Assembly (NCBI GenBank): GCA_017441705.1
Contig: JAFRWU010000056.1
Coordinates: 3,768 to 67,767, forward strand
DNA: 64,000 nt
Source of the DNA: Clostridia bacterium
GTDB lineage: Bacteria; Bacillota; Clostridia; Oscillospirales; QAMX01
Direction: 5' to 3'
Part shown: positions 56,048 to 64,000 of the stretch, one piece after another
Layout: every line of letters starts with the position of its first letter
Numbering within the stretch: the stretch's first letter is position 1
Notes under the pieces: model-generated
Databases searched by the model: none
Told to the model about the DNA's origin: nothing
The model's input: only the letters and a program-made list of their open reading frames with translations
Translations under genes and position numbers: made by a program

Positions 56048-57187
56048 ATGAACAATCGTATAAACGGAGGGCCCCGGAGACCGAGGAAGATGTCGGCAGG
56101 GAAAAAGGCCGCTTTGGCGGCCGGTCTCGCCGTTTGCATAGTGCTTGTGTTCTTTTCCGCCGTCTACGGCGTTTTCAGCCATTACGTCAGCAAGATGAAC
56201 TTCGTGGATCCGGACAGGGACACCGGCGTGTACCTGGACGAGAAGGACCTGGAGATCAAAGCGGGAGAGGAAGAAACCGAGAATTCGGATACGGAAGCCG
56301 TCAGGATCCTGGAAGAAGAGCTGAAGGAAAATGAAACTGAGGATTACGGCCTGGATTTTGACGACAAGAACGTCTTCAATTTCCTCCTCGTCGGCTCCGA
56401 CACCCGCGGAAGCGACCGCGGCCGCAGCGATACCATGATCATCCTGTCCATCAACAAAGAAACCAAGAAGATCACGATGACCTCCCTGATGCGCGACACC
56501 TATCTGACGGTGCCCGGTCTTTCCAAGGGAAACCGCATCAACGCGGCTTATTCCACCGGCGGCATCAAGCGTCTGTTCGCGACGATCAAGCTCAACTACA
56601 AGATTGATCTTCAAAAGTACGTGGCGATCGATTTCTTCGGGTTCATCGACGTGGTGGATATCCTTGGCGGCGTTACGGTCAACGTGACGAAAGGCGAAAA
56701 GGAAGACATGCTGAACCACATGAAGGAGATCTGCCGGATCAAAGGCGTGAGCTACAGCAAGTATTCCGATTTCGGTACCGGCAACGTTCATCTCAACGGT
56801 CTGCAGGCGCTCTGCTACGCCCGCGTCCGCCATACCGGCAACGGCGAGTATCAGCGTACCGAGAGACAGAGAGAGATCCTGACGATCCTCTTCAACAAAA
56901 TCAAAAAGAAGGGGCTCAGCGCCACCGAGATCGCGGCTCTGGCAGACAAGCTGCTGCCTTACGTGACCACGAACTTCTCACAGGGCGACATCCTGGCGCT
57001 GCTTTCCTCCGCACCGTCCTATCTCAGCGATTACGAACTGGTTTCCTTCCGCATACCGTATAAGGGGACCTACCGCAATATGGGTGTTCGCGGGATGTCC
57101 GTTATCGGGATCAATTTCGAAAAGAATATCAAGAAGTGGCACGACGTCGTATACAACGGCGCGTCGGTGGAAGGTCTGGTCGACTGA
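56048..57187 (+). CDS. LCP (LytR-CpsA-Psr) family glycopolymer transferase
   Basis: N-terminal TM, LLVGSD, RSDTMII, SLMRD, RINAAY, ALCYARVR, RTERQR. Confidence 0.93.
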   Translation: MNNRINGGPRRPRKMSAGKKAALAAGLAVCIVLVFFSAVYGVFSHYVSKMNFVDPDRDTGVYLDEKDLEIKAGEEETENSDTEAVRILEEELKENETEDYGLDFDDKNVFNFLLVGSDTRGSDRGRSDTMIILSINKETKKITMTSLMRDTYLTVPGLSKGNRINAAYSTGGIKRLFATIKLNYKIDLQKYVAIDFFGFIDVVDILGGVTVNVTKGEKEDMLNHMKEICRIKGVSYSKYSDFGTGNVHLNGLQALCYARVRHTGNGEYQRTERQREILTILFNKIKKKGLSATEIAALADKLLPYVTTNFSQGDILALLSSAPSYLSDYELVSFRIPYKGTYRNMGVRGMSVIGINFEKNIKKWHDVVYNGASVEGLVD

Positions 57188-57206
57188 TCCGCCGTCAGGA
57201 CGGAAC

Positions 57207-57249
57207 AACCGCCCTTTCCGGTTTTCGAAGAGCCGGAAAGGGCGGTTTT
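57207..57249. terminator. Bidirectional terminator between LCP and feoB
   Basis: AACCGCCCTTTCCGG...CCGGAAAGGGCGGTTTT. Confidence 0.85.
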
Positions 57250-59222
57250 CATATGGGAAGACGGGCCGCCAGAAAGGTCAGAGCAAGACCGCTCAGGAGC
57301 GGGACCGCCACGGAAAGAATAAGCAGGCGGCAGCTTTTCGTTTCACGCCAGACGGCGAAAAGGGTCGGCGCGCAGGGGAAATGGAACATGGTGAAGATCA
57401 GAAAACAGAGGGCGGTCCTCTCTGTCCAACCGCCTGCGGCAAGAAGCGGGAAGAGGCCGCCGCCCGCTTCCGGCAGGGAGGAGGCGCCGGCGTATCCGGC
57501 GAGGACCAGCGGGAGAACGATCTCTCCGGCGGGGAATCCGAAGAGGAACGCCGCCAGGATCACTCCGTCCATTCCGAAGAAGCGGCCGACGGGATCGAGC
57601 AGGGCCGTCAGGCGGGCGTAAAGCGAAGGCCCCTCGGCGGGGAAATGGGAAAGCAGATAAAGGATCGCGCCGGCAGGGGCGGCCACCGCCGCCGCACGGA
57701 GGAGAGAAGAGAGGACCTTTTCCGTCATGGTGCGCCAAAGGGTCTTTGCGATTTCAGGCTTCCGATACCGCGGGAGCGGCAGAAGGAAGCGCGAGGGGAG
57801 CCCCTTGAAGACGCAGGCGGTCAGAAAACGCGTCGCAAACAAGACCGCGACGCCGCTGCCGAGGAGCAGAATGCCGGTGAAAAGAGCGCCGTTTCCGCTG
57901 CCGAAGGCGAAAAAAGCGCCGGAGACCGCAAGCAGCGCCGGGAATCTTCCGTTGCAGGGCGTCATCGCGTTGGTGACGATACAGGCCGCCCGCTCCCGCG
58001 GGGACGAGATGATCCGGCATCCCGAGACGCCCACCACGTTGCACCCAAGCCCCATGCACATGGTCAGTCCCTGTTTCCCGCACGAACCGGCGGCGGAGAA
58101 AAAGGAATCCAGATTGAACGCGATCCGGGCCAGGTATCCGCTGTCCTCCAAAAGAGAAAACAGGGAAAAAAAGATGACCATCGGCGGAAGCATTACCGCG
58201 ATCACCCTGCCGACCAGACCGAGAACGCCGGTGATCAGAAGCTCCTCCGTCATGGAAAGCGGGGAAAACACGGCGGTCAGCCACGTTTCGATCCCCGAAA
58301 AAGCGCTATCCAGAAGCTTTGAAGGCAGATTGGATGCTGCGGCGGTGAGGAACAGCAGAAAGAGAAGGGCGATCGCCATCAAAGGATACGCCGTGAATCT
58401 GCCGCAGAAAAGCCGGTCGAGCGCCGAATACCGGGGACTCTTCTCTTGAGATGCGGCTCTTTTCAGGACTTCTTCGGAAAAAGCGTAACGGGCGCGGACG
58501 GTCTCCTCCCGGAAATCGCCTCCGGGAGGAAGGAGCCGCGTCACCTCCCGATACAGCGCGGGAGAGGAAAGGTCGACCCCGGTTTTTTCGGTCAGCCTTT
58601 CCAGAAATGGACCGTCGTTGTCCAGAAGCCTCAGCGCCAGATAACGCGGCGGCAGCGGCGAGGCCGGCAGAAGAGGAAGAAGAGCGGAGATCCGCTCTTC
58701 GACGCTTTCCGGAAAGACAAACCTCGGGGCTGCCGCGGGGTTTTCCTCCAGAAGCGCAAGCAGGCGGTCCAATCCGCGCTTCCTGCGGGCGGAGATCAGT
58801 ACCGCGGGGATCCCGGTCAGCTCCCGGATCAAAGCCGCGTCGGGGCAGGGATCGGCTTCGTCGGAGAAATTCAGGGCGAGGATCAGACGCTCGGTGGATT
58901 CGGAGATCGCGAGGGCAAGCGCCAGAGAAGGAAGCGGATCGTTCGCGTCCCCTACGACGAGGATCTGGTCGTATGTGCCGAAGGCCAGAAAATCGCGGGC
59001 GACCTCTTCTTCGTCGCCTTCGCCCGTCAGATCGGAGATCCCGGGCAGATCGATCAGCGTCGCGCGGAAGCGCTTGCTCCGGATCGGCGCGCTGTTCAGG
59101 GAGACCGTCTTTCCGGCCCAGTTTCCGGTGTGTACGCGAAGTCCGGTCAGCCGGTTGAACAGCGTGGATTTTCCCACGTTGGGATTCCCGGCCAGAACGA
59201 TCACACGCGGATCCTGACCCAT
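57249..59222 (-). CDS. feoB: Ferrous iron transporter B
   Basis: GNPNVGKS, GNW.GKT, DLPG, LEDSGYLAR, MGLGCN, PCNGR, FPC..T gate motifs. Confidence 0.9.
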   Translation of the reverse strand: MGQDPRVIVLAGNPNVGKSTLFNRLTGLRVHTGNWAGKTVSLNSAPIRSKRFRATLIDLPGISDLTGEGDEEEVARDFLAFGTYDQILVVGDANDPLPSLALALAISESTERLILALNFSDEADPCPDAALIRELTGIPAVLISARRKRGLDRLLALLEENPAAAPRFVFPESVEERISALLPLLPASPLPPRYLALRLLDNDGPFLERLTEKTGVDLSSPALYREVTRLLPPGGDFREETVRARYAFSEEVLKRAASQEKSPRYSALDRLFCGRFTAYPLMAIALLFLLFLTAAASNLPSKLLDSAFSGIETWLTAVFSPLSMTEELLITGVLGLVGRVIAVMLPPMVIFFSLFSLLEDSGYLARIAFNLDSFFSAAGSCGKQGLTMCMGLGCNVVGVSGCRIISSPRERAACIVTNAMTPCNGRFPALLAVSGAFFAFGSGNGALFTGILLLGSGVAVLFATRFLTACVFKGLPSRFLLPLPRYRKPEIAKTLWRTMTEKVLSSLLRAAAVAAPAGAILYLLSHFPAEGPSLYARLTALLDPVGRFFGMDGVILAAFLFGFPAGEIVLPLVLAGYAGASSLPEAGGGLFPLLAAGGWTERTALCFLIFTMFHFPCAPTLFAVWRETKSCRLLILSVAVPLLSGLALTFLAARLPI

Positions 59223-59425
59223 CTTGCGTCCTTTTTCCGGAGGGCGACGACGGTACCGCCCAGAGCGTAGGCGACGGGATCGCCCGTCGGCGCGGCGAAA
59301 AGCGCCGTGATCCTCGGATGGGAAAGAAATCCCAGCTCCAGAAGCTTGCGGCGCAGGGGAGACGGCATGATCTCCGCCGGCTCGCCGCTTTCCCCCGGCA
59401 AAAGGCGGGAAAGATCGGAAAGCAT
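59201..59425 (-). CDS. feoA: FeoA family protein
   Basis: RRKLLELGF, APTGDPVAY, VALRK; GGAGG RBS; overlaps feoB start. Confidence 0.85.
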   Translation of the reverse strand: MLSDLSRLLPGESGEPAEIMPSPLRRKLLELGFLSHPRITALFAAPTGDPVAYALGGTVVALRKKDARWVRIRV

Positions 59426-59587
59426 GGTCATTACCTCCATGATATCGAATCGGAAAAGAGTTCCTTGTTCAGCGTATGCCGCGGGATCCCTGCGCGTGAA
59501 GGAACCGCGGGAGGAGAAAACGCATAGAATAAAGAAACCGCCCTGCCTGAACGGCGGACGGAACCGAAAGGGAAGGGATGATGGAGG

Positions 59588-60862
59588 TTGCTTCTTTTGA
59601 AAAGAGGGAGCAGAGGATCGGAAACGGCGCTTCTGCAGCTGGGGCTTGTGCGGACGGGAGATCTGAAGGGGGAAATCGACGGCGTTTTCGGACCGCTTAC
59701 CGAAAACGCTCTGCGCGCCTTTCAGAGAAGAGAGGGGATCGCTCAGGACGGGATCGCCGGAGAAGAGAGCTGGAAGAGGATCGCGCCGTTCCTTTGCGGA
59801 TACCGGGTGGTCCGGATCCGGGAAGGAGATACGTATTTCAAAATCGCCGAAGCCTTTCAGACGTCCCGGGAGGCGGTCGAAGGCGCCAATCCCGGGTATG
59901 ACGCGGAGAATCTGCCGGTGGGCGGAGAGCTTGTCGTGCCGCTCGGATTTGAGCTGGTACCGGACGGGGTCCCCATGTCTTCTTCTTTTTCTGCGTTCCT
60001 GACGGCGGGACTTGCCGCCAGATATCCCTTTATCGAATCGAAAAGCGTCGGGAAAAGCGGCGCGGGGCGGCCTCTTATGTGCCTCACGGTGGGAGAGGGA
60101 GGGAAAAAGGTCCATTTCGGCGCGGCGATCCATGCGAACGAGTGGATCACGTCGCTGCTTCTGTTCCGCTTTCTGGAGGAATACGGACGGGCGATTCTGG
60201 CGGACGATCGGATCGAAGGAATACCCGCGCGGTCCCTGTTCCGGGATACGCGGCTGACGGTCACGCCGCTCGAAAACCCTGATGGATGCGATCTGGTCAC
60301 GGGGGCGTTCCCGCCGGGAACGCTCCTGAACGGCGCGCGAAGGATCGCGTCGGCATATCCTTCCATCGCTTTCCCGGCCGGATGGAAGGCCGATATCCAC
60401 GGCGTCGATCTGAATCTGCAGTTCCCGGCGGGATGGGAAGACGCACGGCGGATCAAGTTTGCCGCGGGATTCCGGACGCCGGCGCCGCGGGATTACGTCG
60501 GCCGGGCGCCGCTTGCGGCGCCCGAGGCGGAAGCGCTTGCCGGGCTGACCGAAAAAGAGGCCTTCGACCGGATCCTGAGCTTCCATACCCAGGGCGGGGT
60601 GATCTACTGGCGGTACGGGAACAGGGACCCGGAGGGCGCGCGGGAGCTCGGAGAAAAGCTCTCCGCCGCGTCCGGCTATCCGCTGGCGGAGCCGCCGCTC
60701 GCCTCTTCCTATGCGGGCTACAAGGACTGGTTCATCGACCGGTTCGCGAAACCGGGATACACCTTTGAGGCCGGGAACGGCACCAATCCCCTTCCTCTTG
60801 CGGCCTTCCCCGATCTTTACGCCCGGATCAAACCGGCGCTGGTGACGGCTCTGACGGAGTAG
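59588..60862 (+). CDS. M14 gamma-D-glutamyl-meso-DAP peptidase-like with PG-binding and LysM domains (likely start TTG 59597)
   Basis: LKRGSRG...IDG.FGPLT..A...FQ...DGIAG, LysM (GDTYFKIA...ANP), HANE, FHTQG, GYKDWF, TFE. Confidence 0.88.
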   Translation: MLLLKRGSRGSETALLQLGLVRTGDLKGEIDGVFGPLTENALRAFQRREGIAQDGIAGEESWKRIAPFLCGYRVVRIREGDTYFKIAEAFQTSREAVEGANPGYDAENLPVGGELVVPLGFELVPDGVPMSSSFSAFLTAGLAARYPFIESKSVGKSGAGRPLMCLTVGEGGKKVHFGAAIHANEWITSLLLFRFLEEYGRAILADDRIEGIPARSLFRDTRLTVTPLENPDGCDLVTGAFPPGTLLNGARRIASAYPSIAFPAGWKADIHGVDLNLQFPAGWEDARRIKFAAGFRTPAPRDYVGRAPLAAPEAEALAGLTEKEAFDRILSFHTQGGVIYWRYGNRDPEGARELGEKLSAASGYPLAEPPLASSYAGYKDWFIDRFAKPGYTFEAGNGTNPLPLAAFPDLYARIKPALVTALTE

Positions 60863-60894
60863 AAAGGGATCGTCGGCCGCCGCGTTCCGCAGGA

Positions 60895-60926
60895 AAAAGC
60901 GCCTCCTCCCAAACGGGAGGAGGCGC
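60895..60926. terminator. Terminator between convergent genes
   Basis: AAAAGCGCCTCCTCCC-aaac-GGGAGGAGGCGC; U-tract on the minus strand. Confidence 0.8.
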
Positions 60927-60940
60927 AAAGCTTTTGCGGC

Positions 60941-62269
60941 TCAATCCTTGAAAAGATCGTAGAGGATACGAAGAGTCTTTTCGAAATGCATGGCTTCCAC
61001 ACCGACGATGATGTTGATTTCGTTGGAAGACTGCGAAAGCAGAAGGATATTGATCCCCGCTTTTCCGAGCTGGGTCAGGATCATACCGGCCGTACCGGAG
61101 CGGTTGACCATGTTGCGTCCGGCTACCGCTACCAGCGCGACGTTTTCGCTGTAGCTGATGTAATCGACCTTCAGATCGCGGTTGATGGAGGCGATGATGT
61201 CGCCGATGGCCTCGGGAGTCGCCCTGGCGCTTTCGAAGATGACCGAAAGGGTGTCGATGCCGGTGGGAACGTGCTCGATCGAGATGCCGTGCTTTTCAAA
61301 GAGCGAAAGGATCCGGCGCATAAAGCCGACCTGATTGTTCATGAAGGTCTTTTCGATCAGAAGCACCGAGAAACCGCGTCTGCCTGCAAGCCCGGTCACC
61401 GTACGGCCCGAGGCCGAGGGGGGCGCTTCCGCCACGATCATGGTGCCGGGGGCCGAAACGTCGTTGGTATTGCGCACGTTGATGGGGATGCCGAGCTGCT
61501 TGACCGGGAAGACGGCGTCCTCCTGCAGGACCTGCGTGCCCATATAGGAAAGCTCGCGCAGCTCGCGATACGTCAGAACGTCGATGCATTTCGCGTCGGG
61601 AATGATTTTGGGATCGGCCATCAGAACGCCCGAAACGTCGGTCCAGTTCTCGTAAAGATGCGCTTCGACCCCGCGGGCGATGACCGAACCGGTGATATCC
61701 GATCCGCCGCGGGGGAAGGTATTGATGCTTCCGTCGGCAAGCGAACCGTAGAAACCGGGGATCACGGCGTTCCTATGCTTTTCCAGGACCTCGCGCACTC
61801 TGGGATAGGTCTTCGCTTCGTCCAGGACGCCCTTGTCGTCAAAGAAAACTAGGTCGGCCGCATCGACGAAATCAAAGCCGAGATAAGCGGACATCAGACG
61901 TGCGGAAAGATACTCGCCCCGGCTGATCAGATAGGAGTAAGTCACGCCTTCCGGAGATTCGACCTTTTCCCGGATGAGATCGATTTCTCCGGCGATATCG
62001 GTGGAAAGAGCAAGATCGCGTTCGATCCCGGTATACCGGTCGGCGATCACGTCGAACGCGGCGGAACGGTCTTCCGGCGTCTTTGCGTTGTAGCAGCGGA
62101 TCAGAAGATCCGTGATCTTGATATCGGAGGAAAAGCGCTTTCCGGGGGCGGAAACCACCGCGTAACGCCGCTTCGGATCGGCCTTGATGATGGAGGCGAC
62201 TTTTTTGAACTGACTTGCGTCCGCGAGAGAGGTGCCGCCGAATTTGACGACCGTGATATTCTGATCCAT
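60941..62269 (-). CDS. Aspartate kinase
   Basis: VVKFGGTS, VVSAPG, SRGE, RGGSD, WTDV.G, two ACT domains. Confidence 0.95.
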   Translation of the reverse strand: MDQNITVVKFGGTSLADASQFKKVASIIKADPKRRYAVVSAPGKRFSSDIKITDLLIRCYNAKTPEDRSAAFDVIADRYTGIERDLALSTDIAGEIDLIREKVESPEGVTYSYLISRGEYLSARLMSAYLGFDFVDAADLVFFDDKGVLDEAKTYPRVREVLEKHRNAVIPGFYGSLADGSINTFPRGGSDITGSVIARGVEAHLYENWTDVSGVLMADPKIIPDAKCIDVLTYRELRELSYMGTQVLQEDAVFPVKQLGIPINVRNTNDVSAPGTMIVAEAPPSASGRTVTGLAGRRGFSVLLIEKTFMNNQVGFMRRILSLFEKHGISIEHVPTGIDTLSVIFESARATPEAIGDIIASINRDLKVDYISYSENVALVAVAGRNMVNRSGTAGMILTQLGKAGINILLLSQSSNEINIIVGVEAMHFEKTLRILYDLFKD

Positions 62270-62306
62270 AAGAATTCCCTGTCTCCTTACTTCTGTATCC
62301 GTCGTA

Positions 62307-63497
62307 TCAGTCGAGAACGCGGAAGGCGTTGACGACGGGGTATTTTTTGCGGAACAGATCCATCCTGCGGTGGAAATCGTGATTCTTCATGGGACCCGTC
62401 ATGAAGGCCGAGGCGGAGATCATATCGAACGCCTCGAAATAGGAAGCGTCCACCGGGACGCTGCTGCGGACGAACCAGCGGGAAACGTGTTCGCTGCCGT
62501 CCGAGATCTCTGCGCCGTCCTCCCACAGCGGGGGAAGCGAGGAGGAGGGAGTCCTGACGGCTTCGATCACGTCGCCGGCGACGGCGGAAGCGGTGGGCAT
62601 CCTGCCCGCGCCGCGGCCGTAAAACATGACGTCCCCCACGGCGTCCGCCCGGAGGATCACGCCATTGAAAACGCCGTTGACGCCGGCAAGGCGGTTGACG
62701 CTGGAAACGAAATGCGGCGCCACGAAAGCGTAAACGCGTTCTTCTTCGTCAAGGAGAGCCCGTCCGATCAGCTTGACGCGGCAGCCGATGCTTTCGGCCA
62801 GGAGAATATCCTCGTGGCTGACGCCGAGGATCCCTTCGGTTTCGACCGATTCCGGATAGACGTGCTTCCCGAAAGCGAGAGAGGCGAGGATGGAGATCTT
62901 GTTTGCCGTATCGCGCCCTTCCACGTCGTTTGCGGGGTTGCGTTCGGCGTATCCGAGATCCTGGGCTTCTCTGAGGCAGACGTCGAATTCGGCGCTGCTT
63001 TCAGCCATGGAGGTGAGGATATAATTGGTGGTGCCGTTGAGAATGCCGTACACCTCGCGGAAACGGTTGGCGCCCAGATCCCGGGACATAGGCCCGAGCA
63101 GGGGGATCCCGCCGCCGACGCTGGCTTCAAAGAGATACCGCACGCCCGACTGCTTCGCAAGCTTCAGAAGCTCGGCTCCGTGCGCAGCCACTAGATCCTT
63201 GTTGGAGGTAACGACGCTCCGCCCTGCGGCCAGGAGCTTTTTTGTGTATTCATAGGCGTAGGTTTTGCCGCCCATGCATTCGCACACGACGCGGATCCCG
63301 GGATCCTCCAGAAGGTCCTCAAACCGATGGGTGATCAGGGAGGAAAAGCGGTCTCCGGGAAACTCCCGAAGATCCAGGATCTTTTTCAGATCTACGGGCG
63401 TCCCTGCGGCGCGCGTGACGCGGGATTTGTTGTCTTCGAGAAGCGCGGCCACACCGGCGCCCACCGTGCCATACCCCATGATGGCGATTGAGATCAT
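62307..63497 (-). CDS. hom: Homoserine dehydrogenase
   Basis: GYGTVG, VVTSNK, FEASVGGGIP, GILNGTTNYIL, GYAE.NP..DVEG, GRGAG..PTASAV. Confidence 0.96.
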   Translation of the reverse strand: MISIAIMGYGTVGAGVAALLEDNKSRVTRAAGTPVDLKKILDLREFPGDRFSSLITHRFEDLLEDPGIRVVCECMGGKTYAYEYTKKLLAAGRSVVTSNKDLVAAHGAELLKLAKQSGVRYLFEASVGGGIPLLGPMSRDLGANRFREVYGILNGTTNYILTSMAESSAEFDVCLREAQDLGYAERNPANDVEGRDTANKISILASLAFGKHVYPESVETEGILGVSHEDILLAESIGCRVKLIGRALLDEEERVYAFVAPHFVSSVNRLAGVNGVFNGVILRADAVGDVMFYGRGAGRMPTASAVAGDVIEAVRTPSSSLPPLWEDGAEISDGSEHVSRWFVRSSVPVDASYFEAFDMISASAFMTGPMKNHDFHRRMDLFRKKYPVVNAFRVLD

Positions 63498-63523
63498 AAA
63501 GGAACCGTCCTTTCGTAACGCTG

Positions 63524-63967
63524 TCAGTTGCCTGCCAGAAGTTCAAACCGGATAACGCCCTGAACGCTGCGGGCGGTTTCGATCACGTCGTTGACCTCCG
63601 GGAGATTGCCGGAGACCTGCGCCGAGATGGTGACCGTCGCTTTGCCGTCGACCGGGATGTTCTGATTCAGGGTCAGAATGTTCAGGCCGGTTTCGGTCAG
63701 GCAATTCAGAAGATGCGAAAGCACGCCAGGGGTATGGGTCAGTTCTGCATAAAAAGTGGCGATGCGATCCGCTTCCTTGTCAAAGAAAGGACGGATGGCG
63801 TCCTTGTATTTGTAGAAGGCGCTGCGCGACAGAAGGGCCATATCGGCCGCTTCGGAGGCGGTGCGGCAGTTTCCCGATTCCAGAAGCCTTTTTGCTTTCA
63901 GAACCTTGTGAAAGATCGACGGCATGACCTTGGCGTCGATCAGATAGTATTTCGGCTCGCCAGACAA
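63524..63967 (-). CDS. ACT-domain transcriptional regulator, ThrR/PheB family
   Basis: KVLKAK.LL, LSRSAFYKYKD HTH, C-terminal ACT (NILTLNQNIP); directly upstream of hom. Confidence 0.88.
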   Translation of the reverse strand: MSGEPKYYLIDAKVMPSIFHKVLKAKRLLESGNCRTASEAADMALLSRSAFYKYKDAIRPFFDKEADRIATFYAELTHTPGVLSHLLNCLTETGLNILTLNQNIPVDGKATVTISAQVSGNLPEVNDVIETARSVQGVIRFELLAGN

Positions 63968-64000
63968 GAAAACAACCTCCCCATGTGTGAAATCGCAACA

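Overview
High-GC Gram-positive chromosomal window, most likely Clostridia (inferred from a T-box leader, canonical sigma-A promoters, sporulation-type promoters, and LCP and LytTR/AgrC-type genes). Housekeeping genes flank an accessory core: T-box-valS, mtnN, galU, ruvX, pgi, pcrA, feoAB and thrR-hom-aspartokinase. The centrepiece is a ~25 kb co-directional surface-polysaccharide locus (8596-33631). It encodes a PglF/E/C/D-like bacillosamine-type starter pathway, Wzx, Wzy and a Wzz/pseudokinase fusion. Embedded in it is a stand-alone acyl-chain assembly line: FabD, two KAS III, two ketoreductases, two protein-identical ACPs, an MBL hydrolase and an Sfp-type PPTase. It also carries its own biotin-dependent transcarboxylase-like set (12S-like, small subunit, biotin carrier, 5S-like; no biotin carboxylase and no Na+ pump subunit), an FrhB-like Fe-S protein and two polysaccharide-pyruvyltransferase-family genes. 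It has no classical GT2/GT4 glycosyltransferase and ends in an anchorless LRR/Ig-repeat surface protein. Also notable: a sensor-less AgrC-like kinase with a LytTR regulator, whose likely target (three repeats at 21-bp phase) precedes an ABC-exporter pair; a ~79-bp non-coding element present twice 40 kb apart; a REP-like palindrome cluster; and several carbohydrate-catabolic genes (GH43, GH116, GH95, ManD/RspA). No rRNA, tRNA, CRISPR array, transposase or integrase was seen. All product calls come from motif recognition, not database searches.
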